A stretch of DNA of 64,000 bases from Desulfatiglandales bacterium (GCA_963666345.1 OY762721.1:2304001-2368000), one strand, 5' to 3'. Shown: positions 9,865 to 20,256, numbered from the stretch's first letter. The notes: generated by a model not told the origin, from the letters alone. Made by a program: numbers and translations.

Positions 9865-10548
9865 ATGCGTGAAGAAGACCTGCAGATAAAAGTCCTTATC
9901 GTTGATGACGATAAGATCATAGCAGACATTTTGTTTGACCTCATTGCAGATACGCAAAGATCGGTCGATGTGTGCCATGACGGTTTGGCTGCCATTGAAT
10001 GCATACAAAAAAGATCTTATGATCTGATTATGGTTGATCTGGTTATGCCCAAGGTGGGCGGGCTGGATATATTGAGATATGTAAAAAAGGCCAATCCTGA
10101 TTCGATTGTAATTATTCTTACAGGTTATGCGTCATTAGAAACGGCGATTACGGCCATAAGAGAGGGGGCATATGATTACATCAGAAAGCCGTGTAAACTC
10201 GAAGAGATAAAAATTGTAATAGATAACGCAGTAGACAGGATTAAATTAAACAGAGAGAACAGGGAACTGTTAGCCAGATTGCAGGATGCCTACCGGGAAT
10301 TAATGGACCTGAAACATGAAAATGACGAGGAAAGCTATTCATCAGGTGATGAAAAAACGGAAAATGTGAATTTTTTCCCGTCAGGCCCGCCAAATCTCCA
10401 TTATCTTTACAATACGGATTCCCCTTCCAGCAGTTATGTGGACAAATTGCAGGCCTTGAGCGGGTTAAAGGACAAAGGCATGCTGACTGAAAATGAATTC
10501 AATGAATTCAAGAAACATCTTCTGAAAATGATCGGTCTTAATGGATGA
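9865..10548 (+). CDS. Response regulator: REC, coiled coil, C-terminal SHOCT-like domain
   Basis: LIVDDD, MVDLVMP and KP motifs; ends DKLQALSGLKDKGMLTENEFNEFKKHLL. Start at 9841 or 9865. Confidence 0.8.
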   Translation: MREEDLQIKVLIVDDDKIIADILFDLIADTQRSVDVCHDGLAAIECIQKRSYDLIMVDLVMPKVGGLDILRYVKKANPDSIVIILTGYASLETAITAIREGAYDYIRKPCKLEEIKIVIDNAVDRIKLNRENRELLARLQDAYRELMDLKHENDEESYSSGDEKTENVNFFPSGPPNLHYLYNTDSPSSSYVDKLQALSGLKDKGMLTENEFNEFKKHLLKMIGLNG

Positions 10549-10563
10549 CAAGCAGGCAATTTC

Positions 10564-12072
10564 ATGAATGAAGAATTAAAGATACTTGTTGTCGATGATG
10601 AAGAGATGATTCTGACTGTCTTCAGAGAATACCTCGAAGCCACAAACTATTCCGTCATAACGGCTTCAAACGGTTTCGAGGCCCTCGAAATATTTAAAAG
10701 CCAGGAGATTGACTGCTGTTTCACGGATATTTCCATGCCGGGATTGGATGGCCTGGAGCTGACCAGGAAAATCCATATCCATGATAACACGGTTCCGGTG
10801 ATAATCATGACCGGAAATCCTTCCATGGACAACGCAATAGAAACCCTGAAAAACGGTGTAGTGGATTTTTTGACCAAACCGATAAAAATGGAGCAACTCC
10901 ATCACATTATTAAAAGAGTAATGATGGAACGGTCTCTATTTATTGACAATATATTGCTGAAAGAGGAGGCCCAGAAAAACAGGAAACTTTCGGGTATAAA
11001 TCAAGAGTTACAGCAGAAGATAAACGAAGTTGAATGCATGAACCTGATCCTCCAGCAATTGGACCGGGCAAAAACCAGTAAAGATCTTTTCAACACCTTG
11101 GTAGATTTGTCCGGGAAAGTAACTAGTTGTGATGAAGCGCATTTTTGCATTTTTACTCAGGAAATGACAAATCCGGAGACGATTACCTCTTTTGTCAGGA
11201 ACAAAGACAGGGCCATAGGGGCTGCAGGCTTTATAGAAAAGGATATAATCAAAAGGGTCGCGGATGACGGATTGCCTTTCCTTATAAAAAAAAGGCATGG
11301 AAACGGCAATATCATGGCCGTACCTCTTAAAATAAGGTCCAATGTATTTGGAGTTCTTTTTTTACTTATCAGAGAAGACAGGGAATGTTTCAGTGAAAAA
11401 GATCTTTATTTTTCAAGTTTTCTGGCGCAGCAGGCCTCCTTTTTGATAGAAAATCTGGCCCTTTATGAGAATATATATGAAAATCTTTTTTCTACACTCT
11501 ATGCATTTGTAGAAACCATAGAGGCGAGAGATCCATACACCAAACAGCATTCAACAAGGGTATCAAGCTACGCCGTATCAGTTGCAAGGGCTATGGGCTG
11601 TTCGCAAGAGGAGGTCGACGAGTTGAACGTTTCCGGTAACCTGCATGATATCGGCAAGATAGGTATCCCTGACGATATTCTCTTAAAACCGGGTCGACTT
11701 ACGGATGAAGAGTATGAGGTTATAAAGAGGCATCCGGTAATTGGAAGTAATATTATAGGGCATTTCAGCATGTGGTCATTTGAAGAAAAGATAATCAGGT
11801 GCCACCATGAAAGATGGGATGGAAAAGGATACCCCGGCAATCTGAGAGGGGCGGAAATCCCCTTGCTTGCCCGTATCCTTTCAGTGTCCGATGCCTATGA
11901 TGCCTTGACTACCGACCGTTCTTACAGAAAAAAAATGCCGGAAAACGTCGCATTAAAGATTATTTCGGAAAATGCAGGAAGCCAGTTCGATCCTGAAATT
12001 GTGGATGTCTTTCTCAGACTTCAAGGCCAGGGAAAGATCATAGCGAATCATGAAGTATTTTTTCAGGAATAA
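10564..12072 (+). CDS. REC-GAF-HD-GYP cyclic-dinucleotide phosphodiesterase
   Basis: REC with Asp (FTDISMP); EARDPYTKQHS, LHDIGKIG, HHERWDGKGYP and DAYDA motifs. Confidence 0.92.
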   Translation: MNEELKILVVDDEEMILTVFREYLEATNYSVITASNGFEALEIFKSQEIDCCFTDISMPGLDGLELTRKIHIHDNTVPVIIMTGNPSMDNAIETLKNGVVDFLTKPIKMEQLHHIIKRVMMERSLFIDNILLKEEAQKNRKLSGINQELQQKINEVECMNLILQQLDRAKTSKDLFNTLVDLSGKVTSCDEAHFCIFTQEMTNPETITSFVRNKDRAIGAAGFIEKDIIKRVADDGLPFLIKKRHGNGNIMAVPLKIRSNVFGVLFLLIREDRECFSEKDLYFSSFLAQQASFLIENLALYENIYENLFSTLYAFVETIEARDPYTKQHSTRVSSYAVSVARAMGCSQEEVDELNVSGNLHDIGKIGIPDDILLKPGRLTDEEYEVIKRHPVIGSNIIGHFSMWSFEEKIIRCHHERWDGKGYPGNLRGAEIPLLARILSVSDAYDALTTDRSYRKKMPENVALKIISENAGSQFDPEIVDVFLRLQGQGKIIANHEVFFQE

Positions 12073-13384
12073 GATCCACGAGAATGGGAAACTGAGATGT
12101 GGTAAGCCCCAGTGTCTGCAGCCGGGAAGGAAGGTTATCCATGTTAAGACCTTTTATTTCCTGCCCTGTCTGGAATCCGGCCATGAGCAAATCGGCAAGA
12201 TATACCAGGTGTGCCAGTTCATGGGCTTTTGTGGCTGATTCCGGATTATGATGATGTCTGATGGAGTCTGATAAATTTTCCGGTAATAACCAGTTTTCAG
12301 CCAGCAGCCCTCCGGCCTCCTGGTGAGTGATGCCGAGCTTTTCCTTTTCCGCCTTACAAATATCAACCCTGTCTATCTGGGTTCGTCTGTAAAAAAAGGG
12401 AAACGCCTTTGAAATATATTGGTCCAGGACGACCTTTCCTATGTCGTGCAGCAACCCCGCAGTGTAAGCTACTTCGGGAGGCGCCTTCCCGGTATATCTG
12501 GCCAGTTTTTCGCAAACCGTCGCAGTCCCCATGGCGTGTTTAAAAAGCCCTCCTTTACAAAGAGAATAACCTTGTAACGTATCAAAGAAATAGAGTTCGA
12601 TTGAAACCGAAAGAACCATTTGAAGAAGTAGCTTTTCACCCAAAACGATTAGCGCCCTGTCAATAGAGTCAATTCTTTTTCTAAGACCCATAAAGGATGA
12701 ATTACTCATCGTGATGATCCTGGCACTTATGACTTGATCCTGTTTTATCTCCGATGCAACCTGATCTATCTCGTAATCACCTTCATCCATCATCCGTGCA
12801 ATCTTAAGGGCTACCTGCGGAATGGGCCGGACAAGACGGATCGAATCGGCAATTTCACCAATGCCCGGTTTTCTGAACTCTTCTTCAGAAGGGAAAGGTT
12901 GATCAATCATGGGAAGGATAGAGCTTTCGAATGTGTCCAGATTTAAACCGAGCCGGCAACAGAAACATCCGCCGGTTTCGGATTGCACGACTGCTATCCC
13001 CTCTTCCTTCAGGATGGCATGAACAATCTCGGCTGTTCTGCCTCCGATATCAAGATCAAGGTCCAGACTTTTCACCGGACCTACCAATGCACCTCCCGCA
13101 ATGCAGGCCTCCATTCGTTTTCTACGGGCACCGTCCTCACAGAGGGCTTTGATGAAAAGGGGCATGCCGGTTGTTGCATAAGCAACCGGGTTCACCGGCT
13201 TGCTCAGTCCTGTCGGCTCCGGAAGAAGCAGGTGAATCAATCCACCAACCCCGGCTTCCTTGTCACGAAGAGCCACCCCGACGCAGGTTGCCAGATGGGC
13301 CTCTAATCTCTCTTTCCTTTTCCTGCCTGTGACATAATTGCCGGACCAAACATGTCTTATTTGTGGTGCTGTTTCAGTTTTCAT
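12038..13384 (-). CDS. CheD-HDOD fusion protein
   Basis: N-terminal LATCVGVALRD...GGLIHLLLP, AGGA and IGGRT (CheD); C-terminal RPIPQVALKI, NSSFMG, AGLLHDIGK, THQEAG and HHH (HDOD). Confidence 0.88.
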   Translation of the reverse strand: MKTETAPQIRHVWSGNYVTGRKRKERLEAHLATCVGVALRDKEAGVGGLIHLLLPEPTGLSKPVNPVAYATTGMPLFIKALCEDGARRKRMEACIAGGALVGPVKSLDLDLDIGGRTAEIVHAILKEEGIAVVQSETGGCFCCRLGLNLDTFESSILPMIDQPFPSEEEFRKPGIGEIADSIRLVRPIPQVALKIARMMDEGDYEIDQVASEIKQDQVISARIITMSNSSFMGLRKRIDSIDRALIVLGEKLLLQMVLSVSIELYFFDTLQGYSLCKGGLFKHAMGTATVCEKLARYTGKAPPEVAYTAGLLHDIGKVVLDQYISKAFPFFYRRTQIDRVDICKAEKEKLGITHQEAGGLLAENWLLPENLSDSIRHHHNPESATKAHELAHLVYLADLLMAGFQTGQEIKGLNMDNLPSRLQTLGLTTSQFPILVDLIPEKILHDSL

Positions 13385-13404
13385 GCCGAATTATCCGTAC
13401 TCTT

Positions 13405-15342
13405 TTAGTGCAGGACTCGTTTTATACTTTGCGACAGTTCACTGATATTGAATGGTTTCTGTATAAAACCGTCACAACCACGTTTCAGTATCTCAGTGGC
13501 CTGGCCGTCGATATTGTATCCGCTGGAAAGAAGAACCTTTACGTTGGGATCTATTTCCTTTAATTTGTCATACGTTGTCCCACCGCCCATTTCCGGCATG
13601 ATCATATCAAGTATTATCAGATCGGGTGCCGAGGCCGAACAACTGGTATCGCCGAATATCTCTATCGCCTCCCTCCCGCTTCCGGCTAATATAACCTTGT
13701 AGCCGAGAGTCTTAAGAATTTCAGCGGCAACATCAATAATCACTTTCTCATCATCCACAAGGAGAATCGTTCCCGAACCTTTTTGGACTTCAGCCGATAA
13801 CTCTTCCTTTGTTACAATTGCTTTTTCCGTGGCAGGAAGGTAAATATCAAATGTTGTTCCTTTGCCTATTTCACTGTTTACATTTATAAAACCACCATGG
13901 TTTTTGATGATACCGTAAACAGAAGCCAGTCCCAATCCCGTACCTCTTCCCATTTTCTTGGTGGTGAAAAACGGCTCAAAAATTCTTTTCTTTGTCTTTT
14001 CATCCATCCCCGTACCTGTATCGCCGACGCTAATCTCCACATAGTTCCCCGGTCCTGTTTTAAATGGTTTGACATGGTTTTCATCAAGGGAAGTATTCTT
14101 TGTTTGAAGCCTTAATTCTCCGCCTTCAGGCATGGCCTGCCATGCATTGACATAAAGATTTAAAAGGGCCTGTTTTATCTGCCCCTGATCTACCTCCACC
14201 GTCCAGATATCTTCTTGATACTGAGCGTGGATATTAATTTCCTTTTTTGTTCTACCAAACATCTCGGAGGTTTTTTGGACCAGTTTATTTATATCAGTAG
14301 ACTTGACCTTGTATTTGCCTCCCCTTGCGAAGTCCAGCAGGTGTCTGGTAAGCTCAGCCCCGCTTTCTACCTGACCTTCTATCCCCTTTAAATTTTTATA
14401 GTGGGGATGTGAGGCCTCCAAATCCATCAGCATCAGGGAAACATAGCCCTGCATTCCCATTAGGAGATTGTTGAAATCATGCGCTATCCCACCGGCCAGG
14501 GTTCCAATGGCTTCCATTTTCTGTACCTGCAGGAGTTTGGCCTCCATATTTTTTCTCAGGCTGATATCGTTGAGTATAACAACCGTTGTTTCACTTCCCT
14601 CATCTTTGACAGGCAGGGTCTTAATGGTAAGCTGCCTTTCGCCAAATATAACGGGTGAATCTTCGGCAATTGTCTTTGGTCTTTGATTGTATCCGTCTAG
14701 GAGCTTCGTAAGCCTTTGTCTGTCGGTTTTTCCGAAAAATTCTGTAAAATCGGAGGCCAATAATTTTTCTTCAGGCACTCCGAGCAGGGAGGTTGCAGCC
14801 GGGTTGCAATAAACGACCTTTGCTTTGGAAGTAAGCTCCAGAATCCCTTCTGACATACCCTCTAAAATTGTCTCAAAGTGTTTTTGAGATGAAATCAGTT
14901 CCTTAGTAATGCTGCGAAAATGGATGTTTTCGAGGCCCGTAACTTCTTCAGGAAAGATTCTTGACCCCGTCTTCTCCCGTTCGTTTAAAGCGAAGAAAAT
15001 ATCCTGAGACATGCTATTGAAAGGGCCTTTTGCAATACAGGCATCAGCCCCCAGTTCAGTATGGTTTATATCTTCCTCTGCGGCAACTCCGGACAGGATT
15101 ATGACGTAAATGTCTTTCAGCTCAGGAGTCTGTCTGATTATCCGGCATAGCCTCTTACCGTCGATATTCGGCATTATAAGATCAACAAAGATAGTGTCCG
15201 GGACGTAGGTTTCCAAAACTTCCAAAGCGGAAAGCCCATTTTCCGCCGTACGAACGTGATAGCCTTTTTCTGCAAGAAAATTTGTCATGAATTTCAGTAT
15301 GATCTGATCATTATCTACGACCAATATGTTTCTATTTTTCAT
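13405..15342 (-). CDS. Hybrid sensor histidine kinase REC-PAS-HisKA-HATPase-REC (CckA-like)
   Basis: QKMEAIGTLAGGIAHDFNN, NAWQAM, DTGTGM and PFFTTK...GTGLGL; two REC domains; no TM segment. Start 15342 (ATG) or 15372. Confidence 0.92.
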   Translation of the reverse strand: MKNRNILVVDNDQIILKFMTNFLAEKGYHVRTAENGLSALEVLETYVPDTIFVDLIMPNIDGKRLCRIIRQTPELKDIYVIILSGVAAEEDINHTELGADACIAKGPFNSMSQDIFFALNEREKTGSRIFPEEVTGLENIHFRSITKELISSQKHFETILEGMSEGILELTSKAKVVYCNPAATSLLGVPEEKLLASDFTEFFGKTDRQRLTKLLDGYNQRPKTIAEDSPVIFGERQLTIKTLPVKDEGSETTVVILNDISLRKNMEAKLLQVQKMEAIGTLAGGIAHDFNNLLMGMQGYVSLMLMDLEASHPHYKNLKGIEGQVESGAELTRHLLDFARGGKYKVKSTDINKLVQKTSEMFGRTKKEINIHAQYQEDIWTVEVDQGQIKQALLNLYVNAWQAMPEGGELRLQTKNTSLDENHVKPFKTGPGNYVEISVGDTGTGMDEKTKKRIFEPFFTTKKMGRGTGLGLASVYGIIKNHGGFINVNSEIGKGTTFDIYLPATEKAIVTKEELSAEVQKGSGTILLVDDEKVIIDVAAEILKTLGYKVILAGSGREAIEIFGDTSCSASAPDLIILDMIMPEMGGGTTYDKLKEIDPNVKVLLSSGYNIDGQATEILKRGCDGFIQKPFNISELSQSIKRVLH

Positions 15343-15509
15343 TTGCCAAATTCCTTTTACTTTTAATGCCAATTTCGCAATGTTATGAGAATGTCATTGG
15401 TGCAAGCTCAGACGACTGTTTTTCGCAGGATAAATTGTAGAAAGGGCTCTTAATCCTGTCTAAAGGCCTTTTATGGATGAATTCCTCCTATGTTTTCAGT
15501 TCATTATCC

Positions 15510-15670
15510 TAATTAGTCCCCATCCGGAAATGGCTGTTTTCCGGATTGGTGCTATCAGCAATAGGCATACGGCCGTCAGAAAAAGCGATGATTGGACAAG
15601 GAATTAATCTGAATGTCGACAACTGAGTGCTTCAGCCGGAAATCCTTGATTTATAAATGGGCGCTAATTA
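15510..15670. repeat. Degenerate miniature inverted-repeat element
   Basis: TAATTAGTCCCCATCCGGAAAT (15510-15531) vs reverse complement of 15649-15670, TAATTAGCGCCCATTTATAAAT (16/22 match); related ends near 38181, 38226 and 61116. Confidence 0.5.
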
Positions 15671-15672
15671 TC

Positions 15673-15699
15673 TTATCGGTAGATTTTTTATTTTCTTAA
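15673..15699 (-). promoter_or_regulatory. sigma28 promoter for hybrid kinase / CheD-HDOD operon
   Basis: Minus strand TTAAG-N14-ACCGATAA. Confidence 0.6.
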
Positions 15700-15744
15700 C
15701 AGAATATCGACCGGATATATTTCCGACGTTATATCAATAAAACA

Positions 15745-17217
15745 CTATGCCTTGATCGACGCTAAACGCAGAAGGCTGCCTGATCGTTTTAAATGGTACA
15801 GCCTGGAGTCAGCCCTCTGGATCAATTTTTCCTCGTCTTGCCCTTTCTTATCCCCAAGGGTGGTTGATATTCCGTGACTTATCTTAACCTCTATCCTTTC
15901 AGACCTCCATCCAAAGGCATGATTTTTGACGGTCCGTAAAATCCTTTTCATAAGCATATTTGCCTTCTGCATACCGGTTTCCGGGAGTATAATCACAAAT
16001 TCATCTCCCCCATACCTGGCCACTATGTCAGTTTTTCTTACGGATCTCTTCAGGCATTCAGCCAGTTCCCTCAAGACACAATCTCCTGCCTGGTGGCCAA
16101 AAGAATCATTAACTGACTTAAAGTCGTCCACATCAATCATAATCAGGGAGAGGGGCTTGCTGTTATACCTTCTGGATCTTTGAAGTTCTCTTTTCATAAC
16201 CTGCCGGAATCCTTTCTGGTTGTAGACTCGGGTAAGTTCGTCAACAATAGCCATCTCTTTCAGCCTGTAATATTCCCGGGCGTTTTTCAGGGACATGGCA
16301 AGAATATTGGAGATGGTTGACATCAACCCTTCAAATCCCCTTTTGTAATCATTTCCACCCCTGGGAACAATAACGAGCATGCCCAAACGCTTCCCCGCGA
16401 TACTTAAAGGGTGGACGCATTTGCTGGAAATGGGAAGATATCCTGATGAAGAAACTTTGATATTTGCCGGATACAGATGAAGGGCCAACTCTTTTGGTGA
16501 GATTTTTTCCCCTGACAGCGTCATAAATCTGACGGCTATATCCTGTTTTAACCTTTTTAGGCTTTCATTATTGATTCCCTTTTCCGATAAGTGCAGATCA
16601 AGATTCCACCTGCTGCCGATTCGGTATAGGATTCCTAACAGCTCAAGATCGACAACTTTTTGGAGACCTGCATCCAGGATATTGGGTAGGATTCTGTCCC
16701 ATTCTGGATCGTATGATACCTTATTGCTTATCAGGTTGATGAAAGTTAGCTCCTGATTTTTTTCCCTAAGGGAATCCCTTTCCCTTCTGAGCGTGTTATT
16801 GGTGTCCCTGAGCTCATCTATCATTCCCAAGATATCAACAAAAGCCTTTCTGTTTTCGAGTCCTACCATCACGGTATCGTAAAGACGTTCAGAAAGCAGG
16901 GGCCGGGGAATAAATGCATAAACTCCTTTTTGAAGTATATTCGAAATTTTATCCGGATCGATTTGTTGTCCGTACAGGATCAAACAGGCCTTGGACCTGA
17001 TTTGCCGAAAAAACCCGAGCCAGGCGTAAAGGGTGTTCCCTATAAAATCGTAGTCTGCAAAGACGGCGGAATAGTCACCTTTGTTAATCGCAACTTTAAT
17101 TTCATCAGGAAAACACATGCCCTTGATGTCAAATCCTTTTGAACCAAGTATCTGTTCGAAAATATTAAAGTCATTCTTTTTATCACTCATAATAAGGATT
17201 TTTTCAGCCATGGGCAT
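15745..17217 (-). CDS. Diguanylate cyclase: degenerate REC, GAF-like region, GGDEF
   Basis: DELTRVYN, DVDDFKSVNDSFGHQAGD, RKTD I-site five residues before GGDEF. Confidence 0.92.
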   Translation of the reverse strand: MPMAEKILIMSDKKNDFNIFEQILGSKGFDIKGMCFPDEIKVAINKGDYSAVFADYDFIGNTLYAWLGFFRQIRSKACLILYGQQIDPDKISNILQKGVYAFIPRPLLSERLYDTVMVGLENRKAFVDILGMIDELRDTNNTLRRERDSLREKNQELTFINLISNKVSYDPEWDRILPNILDAGLQKVVDLELLGILYRIGSRWNLDLHLSEKGINNESLKRLKQDIAVRFMTLSGEKISPKELALHLYPANIKVSSSGYLPISSKCVHPLSIAGKRLGMLVIVPRGGNDYKRGFEGLMSTISNILAMSLKNAREYYRLKEMAIVDELTRVYNQKGFRQVMKRELQRSRRYNSKPLSLIMIDVDDFKSVNDSFGHQAGDCVLRELAECLKRSVRKTDIVARYGGDEFVIILPETGMQKANMLMKRILRTVKNHAFGWRSERIEVKISHGISTTLGDKKGQDEEKLIQRADSRLYHLKRSGSLLRLASIKA

Positions 17218-17300
17218 CTCTTTCTCTATTTTAAGATATTAACCAATATTAATTAATAAGCATAAAAAGATCATCCAGTCTGTCTAACATGAGAAATTTC

Positions 17301-17316
17301 TGCAAATTTTATTCCA
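17301..17316 (-). promoter_or_regulatory. sigma54 promoter of the diguanylate cyclase
   Basis: Minus strand TGGAATAAAATTTGCA (GG-N10-GC), about 85 bp upstream of the start. Confidence 0.55.
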
Positions 17317-17718
17317 TATGTGAGGAAATACGCTTCGAATAGAAGCGTATTTCGAAATTCAATTGGAATTTTTACTGATTCTTCAGAAGGCTTTTCTCCC
17401 TGTAAGATTGGGGCTGGATATTGACTTAAATCATAACTTAGGCTTGTTCATCGCATTTGGTGCTTTAAATCAGGATAAATTGCAGGAGCATCATCTATAT
17501 GCTAAAATTAAATGTAGCCTTAATAATTTGGGTCTTCTTGCCACCCATGAGCTGGCTCCTAACATAAATCGGGAATTTCCGAATGGAGCATTCGGCCGGC
17601 GGCATTTATCTTAATAAGGTTTTTTTCATAGTTTTTGCGGACAGCTGAGAAAGTCGATTGCGGTAACACGAATCGGAAAAAACATTCCCTGGCGAGGGCC
17701 AGCTAAGCTGAAGGATAG

Positions 17719-18069
17719 ATGATGAAAACTTTGAAATGGCAGGAGGAAAAGGATCAAAGGGAAAAGGAATCATTGCAAAGACATGCAAGACTTGCCAGGC
17801 TGTTTAAAAGTGACAGATTGGCCTTTGAGCGGGAAAGAAAAGAGATGATTGACGCGCTTATTAATAGTGTGAAAAATGAGGACCAGAGAAAAAGATTGCA
17901 GGCCTTTCAAGACTCATGGGATAAAAAAATGAGGGGTGCGGGTTCAAGGCACAACAGGTTTGTCCTGGCGCAGACTTTCTTTTGGGAACATTTTCATGAT
18001 ATCTGGCACCCTGCCATACGGAAATATAGTTTCATGTTGAACGGCGGCTCTGATGATCGTAATTCATAG
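17719..18069 (+). CDS. DUF3135-like small helical protein
   Basis: LFKSDRLAFERERKEMIDALI...QRKRLQAFQDSWD...FWEHF resembles DUF3135 (from memory); AAGGA RBS. Confidence 0.6.
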   Translation: MMKTLKWQEEKDQREKESLQRHARLARLFKSDRLAFERERKEMIDALINSVKNEDQRKRLQAFQDSWDKKMRGAGSRHNRFVLAQTFFWEHFHDIWHPAIRKYSFMLNGGSDDRNS

Positions 18070-18195
18070 GCCGAGTCCCGAAAAGAGGACTCTCAATCAT
18101 TTGATTATCCGGCTTCTGTTATGGGTCAATATTTTGACGTAGTGTCATGGGATTTATTTTTTCGACACGGATGAACGGCTCTGTTCCGGTTATAT

Positions 18196-18221
18196 CGGTG
18201 GTGACCTTAAGGTCACCACCG
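18196..18221. terminator. Perfect 26-bp palindrome, probable terminator between convergent genes
   Basis: CGGTGGTGACCTTAAGGTCACCACCG, 22 bp past the MCP stop; no clear U-tract. Confidence 0.55.
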
Positions 18222-18243
18222 TACATGTATGGAGCCGGCAGGT

Positions 18244-20256
18244 CTAAAAATCCTGGAAATCGGAATTATCCATGGGGATAAGAGCATCAGGATTGATCTT
18301 TTTCCTTCCGGTCTTTTTTAAAGGGGCTGCAAGGGCCTTATGGTTTCTTGAGTCTGCCCCTGTATTCTTGCTTTTCCTTTTACCGACTGTCGAAGACCCG
18401 CTAGCGGGAGCGTTCCGGGCAGGCCGATGATTATCGGTTTTATCGCCATTTCCTTCAACCAGGGTTACCAGCTCTCCCACAACCTCTTTCATCTGTTCTG
18501 CCTGGCCATTCATCTCTTCACTTGCAGAGGCTGACTCTTCAGCATTCGCGGCGTTCTGCTGGGTTACCTTATCCATTTCCATTACGGCGGTATTGACCTG
18601 TTCGATACCCTGCGCCTGTTCATTAGAGGCCGCTGCTATTTCTTCCATAAGACTGCCTACCTGTTTTACGATGTCAACATTTCCCTTGAAGGCGGCCATT
18701 GTTGAATTTGTAAGCTCATTGCCTTTTTTGACCGCCTTGACCGTGTTATCGATCAGAACGGAAGTGTTTCTGGCAGCCTCTGCAGCCCTCATTGCCAGAC
18801 TCCTGACCTCGTCCGCAACTACGGCGAATCCGGCACCGGCTTCTCCCGCTCTGGCGGCTTCGACAGCCGCATTGAGAGCGAGAAGATTGGTCTGAAAGGC
18901 GATCTCATCTATGTTTTTGATTATCTTATTGGTTTCTTCACTCGATTTTGTGATCTCAGCGATTGAATCCGACATCGCCGCCATGTCGTTGTTGACCTCC
19001 TCTACGATCTTGGCAGCCTCGCGCATTCCTCCGCTTGCCTCATTTGCATTTTCCGCATTCTTTTTGGTCATGGAAGACATCTCCTCAAGGGATGATGACG
19101 TCTCCTCTATGGAGGCTGCCTGTTGAGATGCCCCTTCGGCGAGACGTTGGCTTGCAACGGAAATCTGTTTTGATCCGGAGGAAACCAGACCGGCCCCATC
19201 AGACAGGTTCTCTATTATCTTTTTTATGGGTCTGTTTATGGAGCGGGCAATGAGGAGCCCTACCACTGTTATCGTAAGGAGCCCTATTATGCCTATAACC
19301 GCAGTGAGCCACTTCAGGTCGCCGACGGCCTTGAAGGCCTCCGCCTTATCTATCTCAGCGATTATCGCCCACCTGGACCCGAATATATCAAGCGGCGCAA
19401 AGGAAGAAAGCACACTGTTTCCTTTGTATCCGTTTATTATCCTCTGGCCCTGACCACCTTCCAGGGCCTGTGCGCTTGCCTCCGTATCGACCGTTCCCTC
19501 GGCTGGGTTTTTAAAAGATGCCTTGACGGAACGGCTTTCAGGGTCGATGAGGGAATCAGACCTCATCAGCCTGTCGCTTCCAACAAGATATACCTCTCCT
19601 GTCTCTCCCATGCCTGTTCGTTCCTTCATTATCGCGTTGATGCCGGCGGAGGGAAGTTGAAGGATAACGGCCCCTATGGTTGTGTCCCCCTTTTTTACGG
19701 GGCCGCCGAGAAATGCCAGGGGTTCATTGTCGGCAGGGGCATAAGGGCTGAAGTCCTGGACAGCCGGGCCCTTGAGGGAGGCATTGAAGCATCTTTCAAG
19801 GCCTGTATCTTTCAACTCACCTTGCAGGACGTTTTTGCCGAGTTCCGAACCTTTGGCAACCGAATAGACCACCCTGCCGTCCGACTTGATCAAAAAGATG
19901 TCACGGTAGCCGTAGTCCTCCTTAACTGCCTTGATCCTGGATCCGAATTTTTCCTCATAATAGCTAATCAACTTTTCGTTATACTGCCCGTCGCCGATTG
20001 CCATGGCAAATTTTTCAGTTGCATCGGTTACCGCGTTGTCTCCTGAAAGAACCTTCGCGTCGTCCATCCTCTGTGAAAAGTAATCCTTCATCTGATTTTC
20101 TTTTATCTTCTGGACTGCCGCTATTTTTTCAAATGCGGCTTTTGAAAGGGCGCTGTTGGAATTGAACAGCGAGACTGCCGCCATCACGGCGAAGGGCACG
20201 ATGCCTACGCCTAGAAACGAGACTAGAAGTTTGGTGCCTAATTTCATCCGGAACAT
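18244..20256 (-). CDS. Methyl-accepting chemotaxis protein, dCache sensor, with C-terminal pentapeptide
   Basis: Two TM segments; GETGEVYLV Cache motif; [34 protein letters not shown]; ends DFQDF; AGGAGG before ATG 20256. Confidence 0.95.
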   Translation of the reverse strand: MFRMKLGTKLLVSFLGVGIVPFAVMAAVSLFNSNSALSKAAFEKIAAVQKIKENQMKDYFSQRMDDAKVLSGDNAVTDATEKFAMAIGDGQYNEKLISYYEEKFGSRIKAVKEDYGYRDIFLIKSDGRVVYSVAKGSELGKNVLQGELKDTGLERCFNASLKGPAVQDFSPYAPADNEPLAFLGGPVKKGDTTIGAVILQLPSAGINAIMKERTGMGETGEVYLVGSDRLMRSDSLIDPESRSVKASFKNPAEGTVDTEASAQALEGGQGQRIINGYKGNSVLSSFAPLDIFGSRWAIIAEIDKAEAFKAVGDLKWLTAVIGIIGLLTITVVGLLIARSINRPIKKIIENLSDGAGLVSSGSKQISVASQRLAEGASQQAASIEETSSSLEEMSSMTKKNAENANEASGGMREAAKIVEEVNNDMAAMSDSIAEITKSSEETNKIIKNIDEIAFQTNLLALNAAVEAARAGEAGAGFAVVADEVRSLAMRAAEAARNTSVLIDNTVKAVKKGNELTNSTMAAFKGNVDIVKQVGSLMEEIAAASNEQAQGIEQVNTAVMEMDKVTQQNAANAEESASASEEMNGQAEQMKEVVGELVTLVEGNGDKTDNHRPARNAPASGSSTVGKRKSKNTGADSRNHKALAAPLKKTGRKKINPDALIPMDNSDFQDF

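Noticed and set aside
12038..12072. 35-bp overlap of convergent HD-GYP and CheD-HDOD 3' ends
   Set aside because: Short tail-to-tail overlaps are common; no evidence of function.
15481..15489. Strong AGGAGG on the minus strand
   Set aside because: No start codon at a usable distance.
17363..17614. 83-aa ORF in the cyclase/DUF3135 spacer
   Set aside because: TTG start, no RBS, no motif; overlaps a regulatory region.
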